A stretch of 64,000 bases of DNA, taken from sequence record OQ885479. One strand, given 5' to 3'. How positions within the stretch are numbered: the first letter of the stretch is position 1; each line of letters starts with the position of its first letter. Shown here in pieces: positions 24,468 to 33,429 of the stretch. The notes under the pieces are model-generated. The model ran no database searches. It worked only from the letters and a program-made list of their open reading frames with translations, and was not told the DNA's origin. The DNA comes from Escherichia phage SUT_E1520. The position numbers and the translations under genes are program-made.

Positions 24468-24914
24468 ATGCGTGATAAAATAAATGAATTATTAATCGAG
24501 GAAGCTAACAACTTCCCAATAAATAGGTTTATCAAATCGGATGGGTCTATTAATAGAACCAAGATTAAGCAGCTACATCCCGACTTTCAACAAGAAGCAC
24601 TAAATATTATATTTATCAAGAAAGCTGTTGCAGTTCATGGAGCTTTCTTTGGATATGAGCATGTAAATTATAAAACAATGCAACAGCAAGTCGAGATCTA
24701 TTGTCCAGATCATGATGGTTATTACTGGCAAACTGCTAGATCTCATTTAGAAGGGCATGGTTGTCGACTGTGCGCACACAAGGTTGTGCAGCGTGTCACG
24801 GATTATGGAACTTATACCGTACCAGCATGTTATCATAAATTTGTAATTGACGATAATCATATAGTTTGGTATAATAAGTTTTCAAAGTTAAGAATGGAGA
24901 TAAATAGTGAGTAG
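24468..24914 (+). CDS. hypothetical protein (Cys/His-rich C-terminal half)
   Basis: ORF track. Confidence 0.55.
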   Translation: MRDKINELLIEEANNFPINRFIKSDGSINRTKIKQLHPDFQQEALNIIFIKKAVAVHGAFFGYEHVNYKTMQQQVEIYCPDHDGYYWQTARSHLEGHGCRLCAHKVVQRVTDYGTYTVPACYHKFVIDDNHIVWYNKFSKLRMEINSE

Positions 24915-25197
24915 CTATATTATATGGTCAAATCCATTAGCAGCACTTAGTAACAAACTATTTAAAACAACATGGGGCTATAATGAAATAGAATTAAGCA
25001 GCCGCCCCATACCAAATACATGCTCTCTAGTCCCAGATCTGTATAAAGTAGTAATAAATAACGTAGAATATTTGGTTGACGAATTTGACAGAAGGTATAT
25101 ACTAGAGTGCATTTATGATAACAATACATCAATGAATGAATTGATAGATCATGCCCAAATGTGTGATAAAAGCTGGATGTTAGTATGGAAATCATAG
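24907..25197 (+). CDS. hypothetical protein
   Basis: ORF track. Confidence 0.5.
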   Translation: MSSYIIWSNPLAALSNKLFKTTWGYNEIELSSRPIPNTCSLVPDLYKVVINNVEYLVDEFDRRYILECIYDNNTSMNELIDHAQMCDKSWMLVWKS

Positions 25198-25418
25198 CAA
25201 TTATTTTAGTAGTTATGTTATTCATCGTAGTACTTGTATCTTTTGCTATTATGCGTAGAGCCAGAGAATTAGCAGAAGATGTAGTAAAATTACGTGGTGA
25301 GGTAGCGGGGCTCAAACTACAACGTGAAGCTCTCAAGCTATTCGTAGCTCAAGGTAGTGTAGAGCATACAGCAGAAGACTTCATCGTATATCTTAAACGT
25401 TACATGGGAATCAAATAA
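25185..25418 (+). CDS. membrane-anchored coiled-coil protein
   Basis: ORF track. Confidence 0.5.
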   Translation: MEIIAIILVVMLFIVVLVSFAIMRRARELAEDVVKLRGEVAGLKLQREALKLFVAQGSVEHTAEDFIVYLKRYMGIK

Positions 25419-25603
25419 TGGAAACTCTTTTTCTTTTAATGCTCGTAGGTTCTCTGTTACTAATACTAGCACTTCTACTAATCTGCAACATTCTTAACAA
25501 CAAGAATCTAGAGTTAAAGTGTGAGAACCAAATCCTTAACCGTGAACTTAAACAATATAATCTAGCAGCCCATAAACTGTTAGACAAACTGGAGAATAAA
25601 TAA
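25418..25603 (+). CDS. small membrane protein
   Basis: ORF track. Confidence 0.45.
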   Translation: METLFLLMLVGSLLLILALLLICNILNNKNLELKCENQILNRELKQYNLAAHKLLDKLENK

Positions 25604-26217
25604 TGTTTACACAACAGCCTATTCAAGTAGTACCAGACCATGAACTGAACACATGGGATTACAGCTTTAAAGATTTAACTGCTACTGTACAATTCAAATC
25701 TATGAAGCTAACATTTGCACACACCGACCTTAAAGCCTGTAAAGATCTTGAGAGTAAGCTCGAAGATGCTCGTAAGATTTTTGGCACGGCTCGCATCCCG
25801 GCTGATAACCTGATTAATGCACTAATAGACGCTGGTTATAAACTCGTGAAGACTGAGGTGAACCGTCCTAGTGCTCCAGTAACTATTCGAGATTCATGGC
25901 CGTCCGGACCAATCGCAATGCTGAATAACTCCGATAAAAGATTAATGTCGGATATGCACAATATTCCTTGTGGGGGTGTGGTAAGTAGTACGCAGTCATA
26001 TAAGTTTGTGGAAGATTACGGCCCATCTGTACAGCTAAAACATACTCAAGAAGCTTTTGAATCTGATATGCGAAGCGTAGCACCTGCGGATGCTGGAGTT
26101 TCTAGGAGTTCTGTTTGTACTATTCATTTTAATAATCCTGGTAAACATGGAAGTTTAGAGGATGCTATTATGGAGGCGTTGGGAGCTGCTATTAATGAAG
26201 ATAAGAGAGGTAGCTAA
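25603..26217 (+). CDS. hypothetical protein
   Basis: ORF track. Confidence 0.55.
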   Translation: MFTQQPIQVVPDHELNTWDYSFKDLTATVQFKSMKLTFAHTDLKACKDLESKLEDARKIFGTARIPADNLINALIDAGYKLVKTEVNRPSAPVTIRDSWPSGPIAMLNNSDKRLMSDMHNIPCGGVVSSTQSYKFVEDYGPSVQLKHTQEAFESDMRSVAPADAGVSRSSVCTIHFNNPGKHGSLEDAIMEALGAAINEDKRGS

Positions 26218-26294
26218 TCCTCTAATACATGAGCCTCTACGGAGGCTCTAAAATAAAAAGAAGGTCATCCAGACCTTAAAAATGGGAGATAATA

Positions 26295-27179
26295 ATGTAT
26301 AACTTTAAAGATAAACTAAGACAAAACGCTGGTAAAACAAAACCTAAGAAAAATAATAGTGTTCCTGATGCTAAAGTACTTCCATTTCCTGAACTAACCC
26401 AGGAAGAAAAAGATAAACTAGCATTTATGTTCGATGCACTTATAGGATTAAGTGGACGACTGTACTCCACCCTTAGTATTAATGAGAAACGTCTAGTAGA
26501 GATGTTTTGTAAACGTTACCAAGTTACTTCAAAAGGCAACGCCCATAAAGAAGGTGAAAAAGCATTCACAGTCTTAAAAATCAGTGCATATGCACATCGT
26601 TTCTTAGTTTATGGGTTACAGATGGAATACTTCACCATTCCACCATTTAAGTCATTTCACATCTTTGAAGATGAACGAATGAATATTGATGATCTCTATG
26701 GAGATACATACAAGTACTCAGGAAGTCCATTCCATGATGCATTAAGAAGCTATCCTACTAGTTATTTACCAGTTAGGGCATCACAGGGTAAAGCTAGCAT
26801 CTTTGCGGTATACTCAGGATCTAAAGCATCGGATCTAGAAACTTATATATTTAAAGAGCGTAAATCTGTGCTTCCAGATGAAGCATTATATAATAATCCA
26901 TTGCTTCCAGAAAAAGAACCCGAGAAAATTGATGTAACCCCACCAACCCCATCTGATTCTCAATATTTAATCTACGAAAAACAAGTTAAGCTATCTCTAG
27001 AGATTGGTTTAGTCACACCGCTTGCTGCAGCATTCATCAATAGATACCTAGAAATTCCTAACGAGTTCCACACACGTTATAATACGAACATTCAGATAAC
27101 AGATGAACTAATTGCACTAGCAAAAGATACACCTACTGACACTGAGGCGTACCAAAAAGCATACCAAGAGTTACTGTAA
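26295..27179 (+). CDS. hypothetical protein (294 aa)
   Basis: ORF track; SD GGGAGATAATA. Confidence 0.6.
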   Translation: MYNFKDKLRQNAGKTKPKKNNSVPDAKVLPFPELTQEEKDKLAFMFDALIGLSGRLYSTLSINEKRLVEMFCKRYQVTSKGNAHKEGEKAFTVLKISAYAHRFLVYGLQMEYFTIPPFKSFHIFEDERMNIDDLYGDTYKYSGSPFHDALRSYPTSYLPVRASQGKASIFAVYSGSKASDLETYIFKERKSVLPDEALYNNPLLPEKEPEKIDVTPPTPSDSQYLIYEKQVKLSLEIGLVTPLAAAFINRYLEIPNEFHTRYNTNIQITDELIALAKDTPTDTEAYQKAYQELL

Positions 27180-27235
27180 GATCCTGCATGTCTCGGTGCA
27201 CAATACCTGTACCGAGACTCAAATACAAACTCTCG

Positions 27236-27264
27236 TTGACAGATAGCTAAATGTATGTTATCAT
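27236..27264 (+). promoter_or_regulatory. near-consensus sigma70 promoter firing into the repeat-rich non-coding region
   Basis: TTGACA-N17-TATCAT; no ORF for more than 1.5 kb downstream. Confidence 0.45.
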
Positions 27265-27600
27265 AACTCTATGAGTTAATAGAATTAACCATTTAGAGTT
27301 GCCACACAGAAGGTGTGGTGGTTCAGTAATTTAAAATTACTAACTTGTAGCGGAGGATACGGAGCGACAGGACAAGTTAATAAGTAATTTAATATAAATT
27401 GCTAGAAACATCACGAGACCTTCTGGCGGGGGCAAAGCTCTATATGAGAACCCTGGGGGATCTTATATTTAAAATAAAAGTAAAACTTTTGACCACATAA
27501 TTTACATTCAAGATGATACACCTGTTGCCGCTCATCTGCTAGGATGGCACAACACTTTCCTAGAAACTCCAGAGTTCTCACGAAATACTCACTCTTTCTA

Positions 27601-27672
27601 GGGCGGTTCTCCTAAGTTTCTAGGAACATATACTAGGCGGTTTAATACAGGGCGGTTATGGGGAGGGCGGTT
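27601..27672 (+). repeat. four copies of GGGCGGTT interleaved with repeated TTTCTAGGAACATATA units
   Basis: Direct repeats seen in the sequence. Confidence 0.6.
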
Positions 27673-27715
27673 ATTTCTAGGAGACATTTTTTGAAAACAC
27701 ATTTCCAGAAATTAC

Positions 27716-28316
27716 TGTCGGATTTGCACATTGTGTTTCTAGAAATTTATGGTCGGATTTGCACAATTGCCTAAGTTTTTAGGAACATATAATCTCTTGA
27801 AAATGGCAGCATTATTTCGGGCCGAAGGCCCATGATTGCCTGAGTTTTTAGAGCCACAGAAACTTTCACTTGTCAAGCTATTTTGCCCCATTTAGCTAAT
27901 AAGATTTTACTTTATCTGCACTAATCTCAAATTAACCCAAATCTTCTCAACTCTTCCCCAAAATCCCCGCAAATCAGGTGCTACGCACCAAACATGCGCC
28001 CCTCTCGCAGTTCCCTCAAATTTTTCTCGATCTCTCAACTTCTCCCCAAACTCTTACAATCACACACTCTCCAATCGAAGTCACAAAAATCTTGTCGGAT
28101 TCGCACAAATAAACCCATGTCGGATTTGCACATATTCTAGTTAATTCCACAGGATTGATGCGCAGCATCGGATTGCTGGAGTTTTTAGGAAAATTCATTG
28201 TCGGATCCGCACATTATAAAAATTTTTCGGGTCGGATTTGCACACTACCAAAAATTGTCGGATTCGCACATACACGCCCACGCGTAATCCATGGGGGCAA
28301 ATGTCGGATTTGCACA
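27716..28316 (+). repeat. iteron-like array: eight copies of the 15-mer TGTCGGATYYGCACA
   Basis: Copies near 27716, 27751, 28093, 28118, 28199, 28230, 28256 and 28302, irregularly spaced. Confidence 0.7.
27880..28080 (+). other. G-depleted, C/A-rich tract of about 200 bp on the plus strand
   Basis: Strong strand compositional asymmetry, almost no G. Confidence 0.6.
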
Positions 28317-28349
28317 AAAGCGCAGGGCAATTGCCCTGCTTGCCTGAAT

Positions 28350-28545
28350 ACGAATGATAATGAGAATCATTCTCATTTAAAAAGCGGAATGTGAATGATA
28401 ATAATTCGCATTTAAGAATGGAAGTGAGAATTATTCAGGAAGTGAAACGATTCTCATTTAAAAAGTGGAATGATTATTAGTTAGATAGTGAAATGCGAAT
28501 GATACTGATTCGTATTTAAGAATGGAAGTGAGAAACACTATTATT
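28350..28545 (+). repeat. tandem degenerate repeats carrying a Fur-box-like 19-bp perfect palindrome AATGAGAATCATTCTCATT
   Basis: Palindrome at 28359-28377; repeated GAATGATAAT... and ATTCGCATTTAAGAATGGAAGTGAGAA units. Confidence 0.6.
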
Positions 28546-28660
28546 TAAGTTATCCACAGACTTATCAACAGCACGATTTGACTTGACAAAATCCTAGCCA
28601 TTTTGAGGCGTTATCAACAGACTTATCAACAGCTTATCCTACTGTATAAATATACAGTAT
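28541..28660 (+). repeat. left arm of an imperfect inverted repeat of about 110 bp, with DnaA box TTATCCACA and LexA-like box CTGTATAAATATACAG
   Basis: Reverse complement of 32386-32500 aligns along most of its length; DnaA box at 28550-28558, LexA-like box at 28642-28657. Confidence 0.6.
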
Positions 28661-28854
28661 TCCTATGCAGTGAATAATTCTAATATACAGCTAAAACGCT
28701 CTCAAACGCATTCTAACGCGTTTAATTTTGTTGGGGATACTAAAACACGGGTAAAATTGGAGGAGGCTTAGAAATTAGTTAGCGAGCTAACGATCACACA
28801 AGGCGACACGTAACACCCTAATCATTAGCAGGCTAACCATCGCGGGCGCGGTTA

Positions 28855-28873
28855 AATGAGAATCATTCTCATT
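28855..28873 (+). promoter_or_regulatory. second copy of the 19-bp palindrome AATGAGAATCATTCTCATT (Fur-box-like)
   Basis: Exact repeat of the palindrome at 28359-28377. Confidence 0.5.
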
Positions 28874-28915
28874 TGAAAATTGGGGGCACTCCCTGATAGT
28901 TGCGCCCCGTGATTA

Positions 28916-29110
28916 TTAGTCTGGTAGTCGATGCGTGATTTTTTCCTCCTCCCCGTAGGAATCCACCAAATACTGATAATAACCATCGTGATCATAAATC
29001 ACTTTATCATATTCGCCACGCTCGACCGCTTGCCGATTCTCCGGCGTATCTGGCACGTAAAAAACATCAACCATTGTACTGATCTTGGTTACAACTATTT
29101 TATTACTCAT
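28916..29110 (-). CDS. hypothetical protein (64 aa), last gene of the minus-strand operon
   Basis: ORF track; SD-like sequence upstream on the minus strand. Confidence 0.45.
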   Translation of the reverse strand: MSNKIVVTKISTMVDVFYVPDTPENRQAVERGEYDKVIYDHDGYYQYLVDSYGEEEKITHRLPD

Positions 29111-29211
29111 AATAACTCCCTAGTAAATATATTTTTGCCAATAGTGGCGAATGTTATCGCCACCAGCGGAATCATTAGCGGCCTTACTATTACCAACGAA
29201 AATATATAATC

Positions 29212-29571
29212 TCATTGCGCCACCTTTCGAAACGCTGTTTCAATACTATCCGCAGTGGATTGAATATATGCGCCTTTCATTATCAGGCGCTCGGTACATA
29301 CCTTGCGGAAAATATTAATAAAATCATCTTCATTTTCTGCAATTAATGCTTCACCCATAACCTGAACGTCACAAGATGCAAAGGTCAAAAATTGAAACGC
29401 TAGTTCACGGGCAACGACCGCATTAATTTTATAATGTGCCTTGCCCTCATAAATATTAATAACGCCCTTATAAGCTGGGGAAAGCTGATTTAAATAGTTT
29501 GCTAATAATGCTGGGCGGCAATTAGCAACAAAACGATTGCCTTCATAAATTATCATTTGCATAGCTCCCAA
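29212..29571 (-). CDS. hypothetical protein (TTG start per track; first ATG at 29562)
   Basis: ORF track. Confidence 0.5.
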   Translation of the reverse strand: MGAMQMIIYEGNRFVANCRPALLANYLNQLSPAYKGVINIYEGKAHYKINAVVARELAFQFLTFASCDVQVMGEALIAENEDDFINIFRKVCTERLIMKGAYIQSTADSIETAFRKVAQ

Positions 29572-29675
29572 ATAGTTCCGCCGATGATCATTAGCTGACT
29601 AATAATTATCAGAATAAAACCAATTGAAGGCAGGACGCCCCAAAAACGAAAAGCCGTTTTAATTTGCTGAATCAT
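29553..29675 (-). CDS. small membrane peptide (40 aa)
   Basis: Overlapping-coupled with its neighbours; single TM segment; below the track cutoff. Confidence 0.3.
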   Translation of the reverse strand: MIQQIKTAFRFWGVLPSIGFILIIISQLMIIGGTIWELCK

Positions 29676-29802
29676 TTGTTAGCCTCCCGATTAGATAGCC
29701 AGATAAAAGCATAAAGATCCCCAATGAAATGGGGTCATTTTTAAATAAGGTGGCGATAAAACCGCCAGCCATTGCAAGGATAATAACAATAACGCTTTTC
29801 AT
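29659..29802 (-). CDS. small membrane peptide (47 aa)
   Basis: ATGA overlap with the upstream stop; TM segment; below the track cutoff. Confidence 0.3.
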   Translation of the reverse strand: MKSVIVIILAMAGGFIATLFKNDPISLGIFMLLSGYLIGRLTNDSAN

Positions 29803-30011
29803 AGTACCCCACGAAACGCAGCGTAAAAGGTGGCAAAGTGTTTAACTGTTTCAGCTATCACGTTGCCGCGCTTATCAAATTTTTTCTCGGTAACACGAAA
29901 GGCATTTTTGTTACGTGCTACATATTCGATTTTACAATCTTCCCGCTCGAACGTGTTAACATCCACCAGCTTAAAGCCTTTCGAACGTGCAAGGGAAACG
30001 TTGCGGATCAT
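29799..30011 (-). CDS. hypothetical protein (70 aa)
   Basis: ORF track; SD AAGGAGA upstream. Confidence 0.45.
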   Translation of the reverse strand: MIRNVSLARSKGFKLVDVNTFEREDCKIEYVARNKNAFRVTEKKFDKRGNVIAETVKHFATFYAAFRGVL

Positions 30012-30013
30012 TT

Positions 30014-30163
30014 TTATTCTCCTTTACTAGTCATGCAGCCCAGCAGATAAGAAAACGCAGCAATGCCAGCGCCAATAATAACGGCGTGAACGCCAAAAGC
30101 TATTGCAAACAACGATAAAATAGCGCCCAAGATACCCGCCAGAATAGCTCGAAAAATAACCAT
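30014..30163 (-). CDS. small membrane peptide (49 aa)
   Basis: SD GGAGAAT upstream; TM segment; below the track cutoff. Confidence 0.3.
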   Translation of the reverse strand: MVIFRAILAGILGAILSLFAIAFGVHAVIIGAGIAAFSYLLGCMTSKGE

Positions 30164-30213
30164 TTTTTTTTATTCTCCTAGTCAGTGAGGGATATAATAT
30201 CCCCCGTTACTAA

Positions 30214-30444
30214 TTACATTAAAACAATTTTTGCAGCTTGTTTTTTAGTACAGTGTTCCGCTTTCAGCGTGTCCAGCAAAAAGCCCGCCGTTTGCTGATC
30301 GATTTTATCGGCGTTGTATAGTTCTTGGATGGTGTTATAAGTTTTAGCAATGCCGAACTCCTGCACCATTTCATGAATAATGGCGCGGTTAGATACCCAG
30401 CCTTGAGCGGTGAACAGATGAGTAGCAGAAGAGTAAGCAACCAT
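30214..30444 (-). CDS. hypothetical protein (76 aa)
   Basis: ORF track. Confidence 0.45.
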   Translation of the reverse strand: MVAYSSATHLFTAQGWVSNRAIIHEMVQEFGIAKTYNTIQELYNADKIDQQTAGFLLDTLKAEHCTKKQAAKIVLM

Positions 30445-30548
30445 TTTAAGCCTCCAAATTTTTGGGAAATTTTTAATCCACCGTTTTGGTGTAAAAGCAT
30501 TATAACAAAAAAGGCCACCATAAAAGGCGACCTTTACAAAACTTTACA

Positions 30549-31043
30549 TTAAACTACCTGTAAGGATTCAACATTGAAACATCGTTTTAATTCATCATGT
30601 AAAACAGCGTATTCCTCCCATCGGGTATTATCAGGAATATAAACAAGCTGTTTTAATCGATTTGCGTATATTACCGCTTTATTATCAATTATTTCGACGC
30701 CACCATATTTAATAATTAATTTCATGACGGAATTAATAGGATCGCCGCCGTTTACATATGTGCCGGATTTACTTAATTGATAATGATAAAGGCCAGCATA
30801 TACGTTTTCATTTTCATACCATTCGCCAGTTTCTTCGTCTTCATAGCCATCGCTACCAAAACGAGAAGCATTATCAATAGCCATTTCATGAGCGAAAGCG
30901 TCCAGATCCGTACCAGCAGGAACAAAGTATTCCTCGGTATTCCCTTCCCCGCAATAGCCAGTATGACAATCGACTAAAATGATCATATCATGTTTAGCCG
31001 TGCTCACTTCCCCTAGCGAGAAGCCGTATTTTTCCTCAGCCAT
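30549..31043 (-). CDS. hypothetical protein (164 aa)
   Basis: ORF track; SD AGGAGG upstream. Confidence 0.55.
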   Translation of the reverse strand: MAEEKYGFSLGEVSTAKHDMIILVDCHTGYCGEGNTEEYFVPAGTDLDAFAHEMAIDNASRFGSDGYEDEETGEWYENENVYAGLYHYQLSKSGTYVNGGDPINSVMKLIIKYGGVEIIDNKAVIYANRLKQLVYIPDNTRWEEYAVLHDELKRCFNVESLQVV

Positions 31044-31108
31044 TTATTAGCCTCCTATTAATTAACAAGGGAGTAGTAAAGCGGGGAAATAATCCCCGCT
31101 AAATATTA

Positions 31109-32119
31109 TTACTCGCTTTCGGTGTTAGTGGTAAAAGTAGAAATATCAATACCTTTCACCATTTCATCAATCATTTCAGCGATGTTAAAACTTTGCACCA
31201 TTTCCAGCATTGCCGCTTCCATAGCCGCCCCCGCTACCGCTTTCGCCTTTTGGTTAGTCGGTGCGTACTGGTCAACCGCTACACTCAGCAGGTTAGCGAT
31301 CACTACACGACCAATAGGTGTATCGATATAACCTTTGATCATGAATGGTGCTTTTTTAGCCGCTACTTTCGTAATTTGAGTTAATGCAATTTTACCCGCC
31401 TCCAGTTTTGCAGCATTTACAACAGCGGATTTATTGGCGGCAACGATGTTAGCAATCTTGGTCATGGTGTTTTTTCCTTTGTTTTCAGTAGTTTGAGTGT
31501 TAACGCTTTGAGTGTTAGAATTTACAGCATGGTTTTCTACGCTGTCAATAATCTGATCTTCATCTTTCCAGAAAGAAAAACCAGCGCTTTCTATATCCCC
31601 ATCATAAATATATGGGTATAGCTCCCGTGGTAACAAAAAATTACCGTCGCCATCAAAAGCCATTATACCGGTATATTGAGATCCGTCGTTATCCGGCTTA
31701 TGCCATCCAGCGGGTAAATACTTCCAGATAACATCTAAAAATCCCTCAATGCTAGAAAGTCCATTTATCAGATCAAGTCCAATAAGCTCAAAACTATTTA
31801 TATTAAATGATTGACGGCCTGAATTGCTATGATACGCAACAATATTATTACCCTGCGCAACAATAAAATCGGTATCCGGCCCCGCTCCCCTGCCTGTAAA
31901 GATATGGCAATCCCGATTATATAAAACTAGCGTTGCCCCTTGTCTATATAAGGGTAGAAAACTATCCATATCATAAGCGTCATAATCATCAAAAAAGTTT
32001 TGATGAATAGTTTCAATCTTGTTAATAAAATGTTTAATGCTGGTTGACTTGCTACCGTCTAGCAGGTTGCGCAATGCACCCTTTAATACGGTGGCATTAT
32101 CAGGTTTATACAGCCTCAT
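31109..32119 (-). CDS. hypothetical protein (336 aa), first gene of the minus-strand operon
   Basis: ORF track; SD GAGGAGG upstream. Confidence 0.6.
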   Translation of the reverse strand: MRLYKPDNATVLKGALRNLLDGSKSTSIKHFINKIETIHQNFFDDYDAYDMDSFLPLYRQGATLVLYNRDCHIFTGRGAGPDTDFIVAQGNNIVAYHSNSGRQSFNINSFELIGLDLINGLSSIEGFLDVIWKYLPAGWHKPDNDGSQYTGIMAFDGDGNFLLPRELYPYIYDGDIESAGFSFWKDEDQIIDSVENHAVNSNTQSVNTQTTENKGKNTMTKIANIVAANKSAVVNAAKLEAGKIALTQITKVAAKKAPFMIKGYIDTPIGRVVIANLLSVAVDQYAPTNQKAKAVAGAAMEAAMLEMVQSFNIAEMIDEMVKGIDISTFTTNTESE

Positions 32120-32385
32120 TTGTTAGGCCTCCTCGTTAATCGGTGAGTGAATGATAAAGGTAAATTTCTAGCATAGGCAAATATTATTTTACCTTTTTAT
32201 TTTCCTTGCCTAGCGCCTATTTTTATGATAACCGCGCAGCGGTGCAATAAAGAGCAAACCACGGCGAAGCCACCAGGCCGACGCATTGAGGCTTTACTTT
32301 AATATTACCTTACAGCGTTTAGCTCGTTAGAATGCGATTTAAGCCGCTTAAAATTGATTGCAGTTGTTAACACTACCTTTTTACC

Positions 32386-32500
32386 CTGTATAAATATACA
32401 GTAGGATAACCTGTGGATAAGTCTGTGTAAAAGTCCTTATATCGCCGCCTATCGTGTCAAGTCAAAAAGTGCTGTGGATAACTTTGTGTATAACTTAAAT
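32386..32500 (+). repeat. right arm of the inverted repeat, with LexA-like box and two TGTGGATAA DnaA boxes
   Basis: LexA-like box at 32386-32401; DnaA boxes at 32412-32420 and 32473-32481. Confidence 0.6.
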
Positions 32501-32830
32501 GATAGTGGTTCTCACTTAGCTAGATGATTTCTTATAGTTATTATTTCTCATTAATTTATATGTATATTATATATCATGAAATAGTTAGTTGGCTAATGAG
32601 ATTTTTCCGTGATTAATAGTCTGCTAATAATTCAGGTCGTTACAATCCACCAGCATGATTATCATTCTAGCAATTATTAGTCTGCTATCTTTCCGATGCA
32701 TACTAACAAATAAAAGTCAATTAATTTATTTCATAAAATAAGTAGTTATCCACTGGAAAATAAAAGTCAAGTGGATAACTAGGAAAATTTCATTTTTGCT
32801 TTTGGGGATAAGTTATCAACAAGGCTAGAA
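32500..32830 (+). other. AT-rich region with further DnaA-box-like 9-mers; origin-like or host-factor binding region
   Basis: TTATCCACT near 32746, GTGGATAAC near 32771, TTATCAACA near 32813; very AT-rich 32520-32720. Confidence 0.4.
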
Positions 32831-33225
32831 TGCGCCTAAAACGCTCCAGAACGCAATAAAGTTTTTAGCCATCCCATCATAAGGGGATAAGCCGTTTATC
32901 GTTACCACGAGCTTTTTAGATTTTGTCAAGTAGGGCAAAGCAAATATAAATGAAAAAATTACTTGCCTATTTGCTTTATTTTGTGGTATTCGCGCGCCCG
33001 TTTCTTTTAATTTTAGGCCGTCGCCGCACGGTGTCCGGTGAGTTTTACCTTTACATTTCTTTACAAAAATAAGGTTGCGCCATTTTCGGGAATCCCCTAT
33101 TATTTATCTCGTAGGGCGGCAATGACGAACTACACGGCGGGAAGTTTACCGCCACGCTCTTTAAAAATTGGGTACATCTTAAAGCCTATCGGCGGTAAAC
33201 TTATTCATTATAAGGAATCGACGAT

Positions 33226-33429
33226 ATGAAACAAACGCTTTTGATCACTGGCAAGCCTATTAAGGCACTAGATAGCAAAACAAAAAATTTGTTGACAGTA
33301 GCTCAAAGATCAGTAAGATATAGATTCACGCAGTACAAGAAAGGTCGCCAGCAAGGTCTGGAAATGATCTGGCGAAATATTATGATTGACCTAAAAGAAA
33401 ATCATAAAAAATTGCAAAAAATTGTTTGA
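33226..33429 (+). CDS. hypothetical basic protein (67 aa), flanked by a 25-bp inverted repeat
   Basis: ORF track; inverted repeat arms at 33169-33193 and 33437-33461. Confidence 0.3.
   Translation: MKQTLLITGKPIKALDSKTKNLLTVAQRSVRYRFTQYKKGRQQGLEMIWRNIMIDLKENHKKLQKIV

Noticed and set aside
27716-28316. Possible CRISPR array
   Set aside because: The repeats are only 15 bp, irregularly spaced at 25-100 bp, with no regular spacers and no cas genes; an iteron or binding-site array fits better.
28016-28394. Track ORFs 28016..28198 (-) and 28155..28394 (+)
   Set aside because: Both lie wholly inside the repeat array and G-depleted tract, with no SD, and their translations simply mirror the repeats.
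28541-32500. Inverted-repeat-bounded cassette as an active transposon or insertion sequence
   Set aside because: No transposase, integrase or recombinase-like ORF and no obvious target-site duplication; reported as a regulatory architecture or possible relic instead.
33038-33229. Track ORF of 63 aa
   Set aside because: No SD; overlaps one arm of the inverted repeat and the start region of the next ORF; likely non-coding regulatory DNA.
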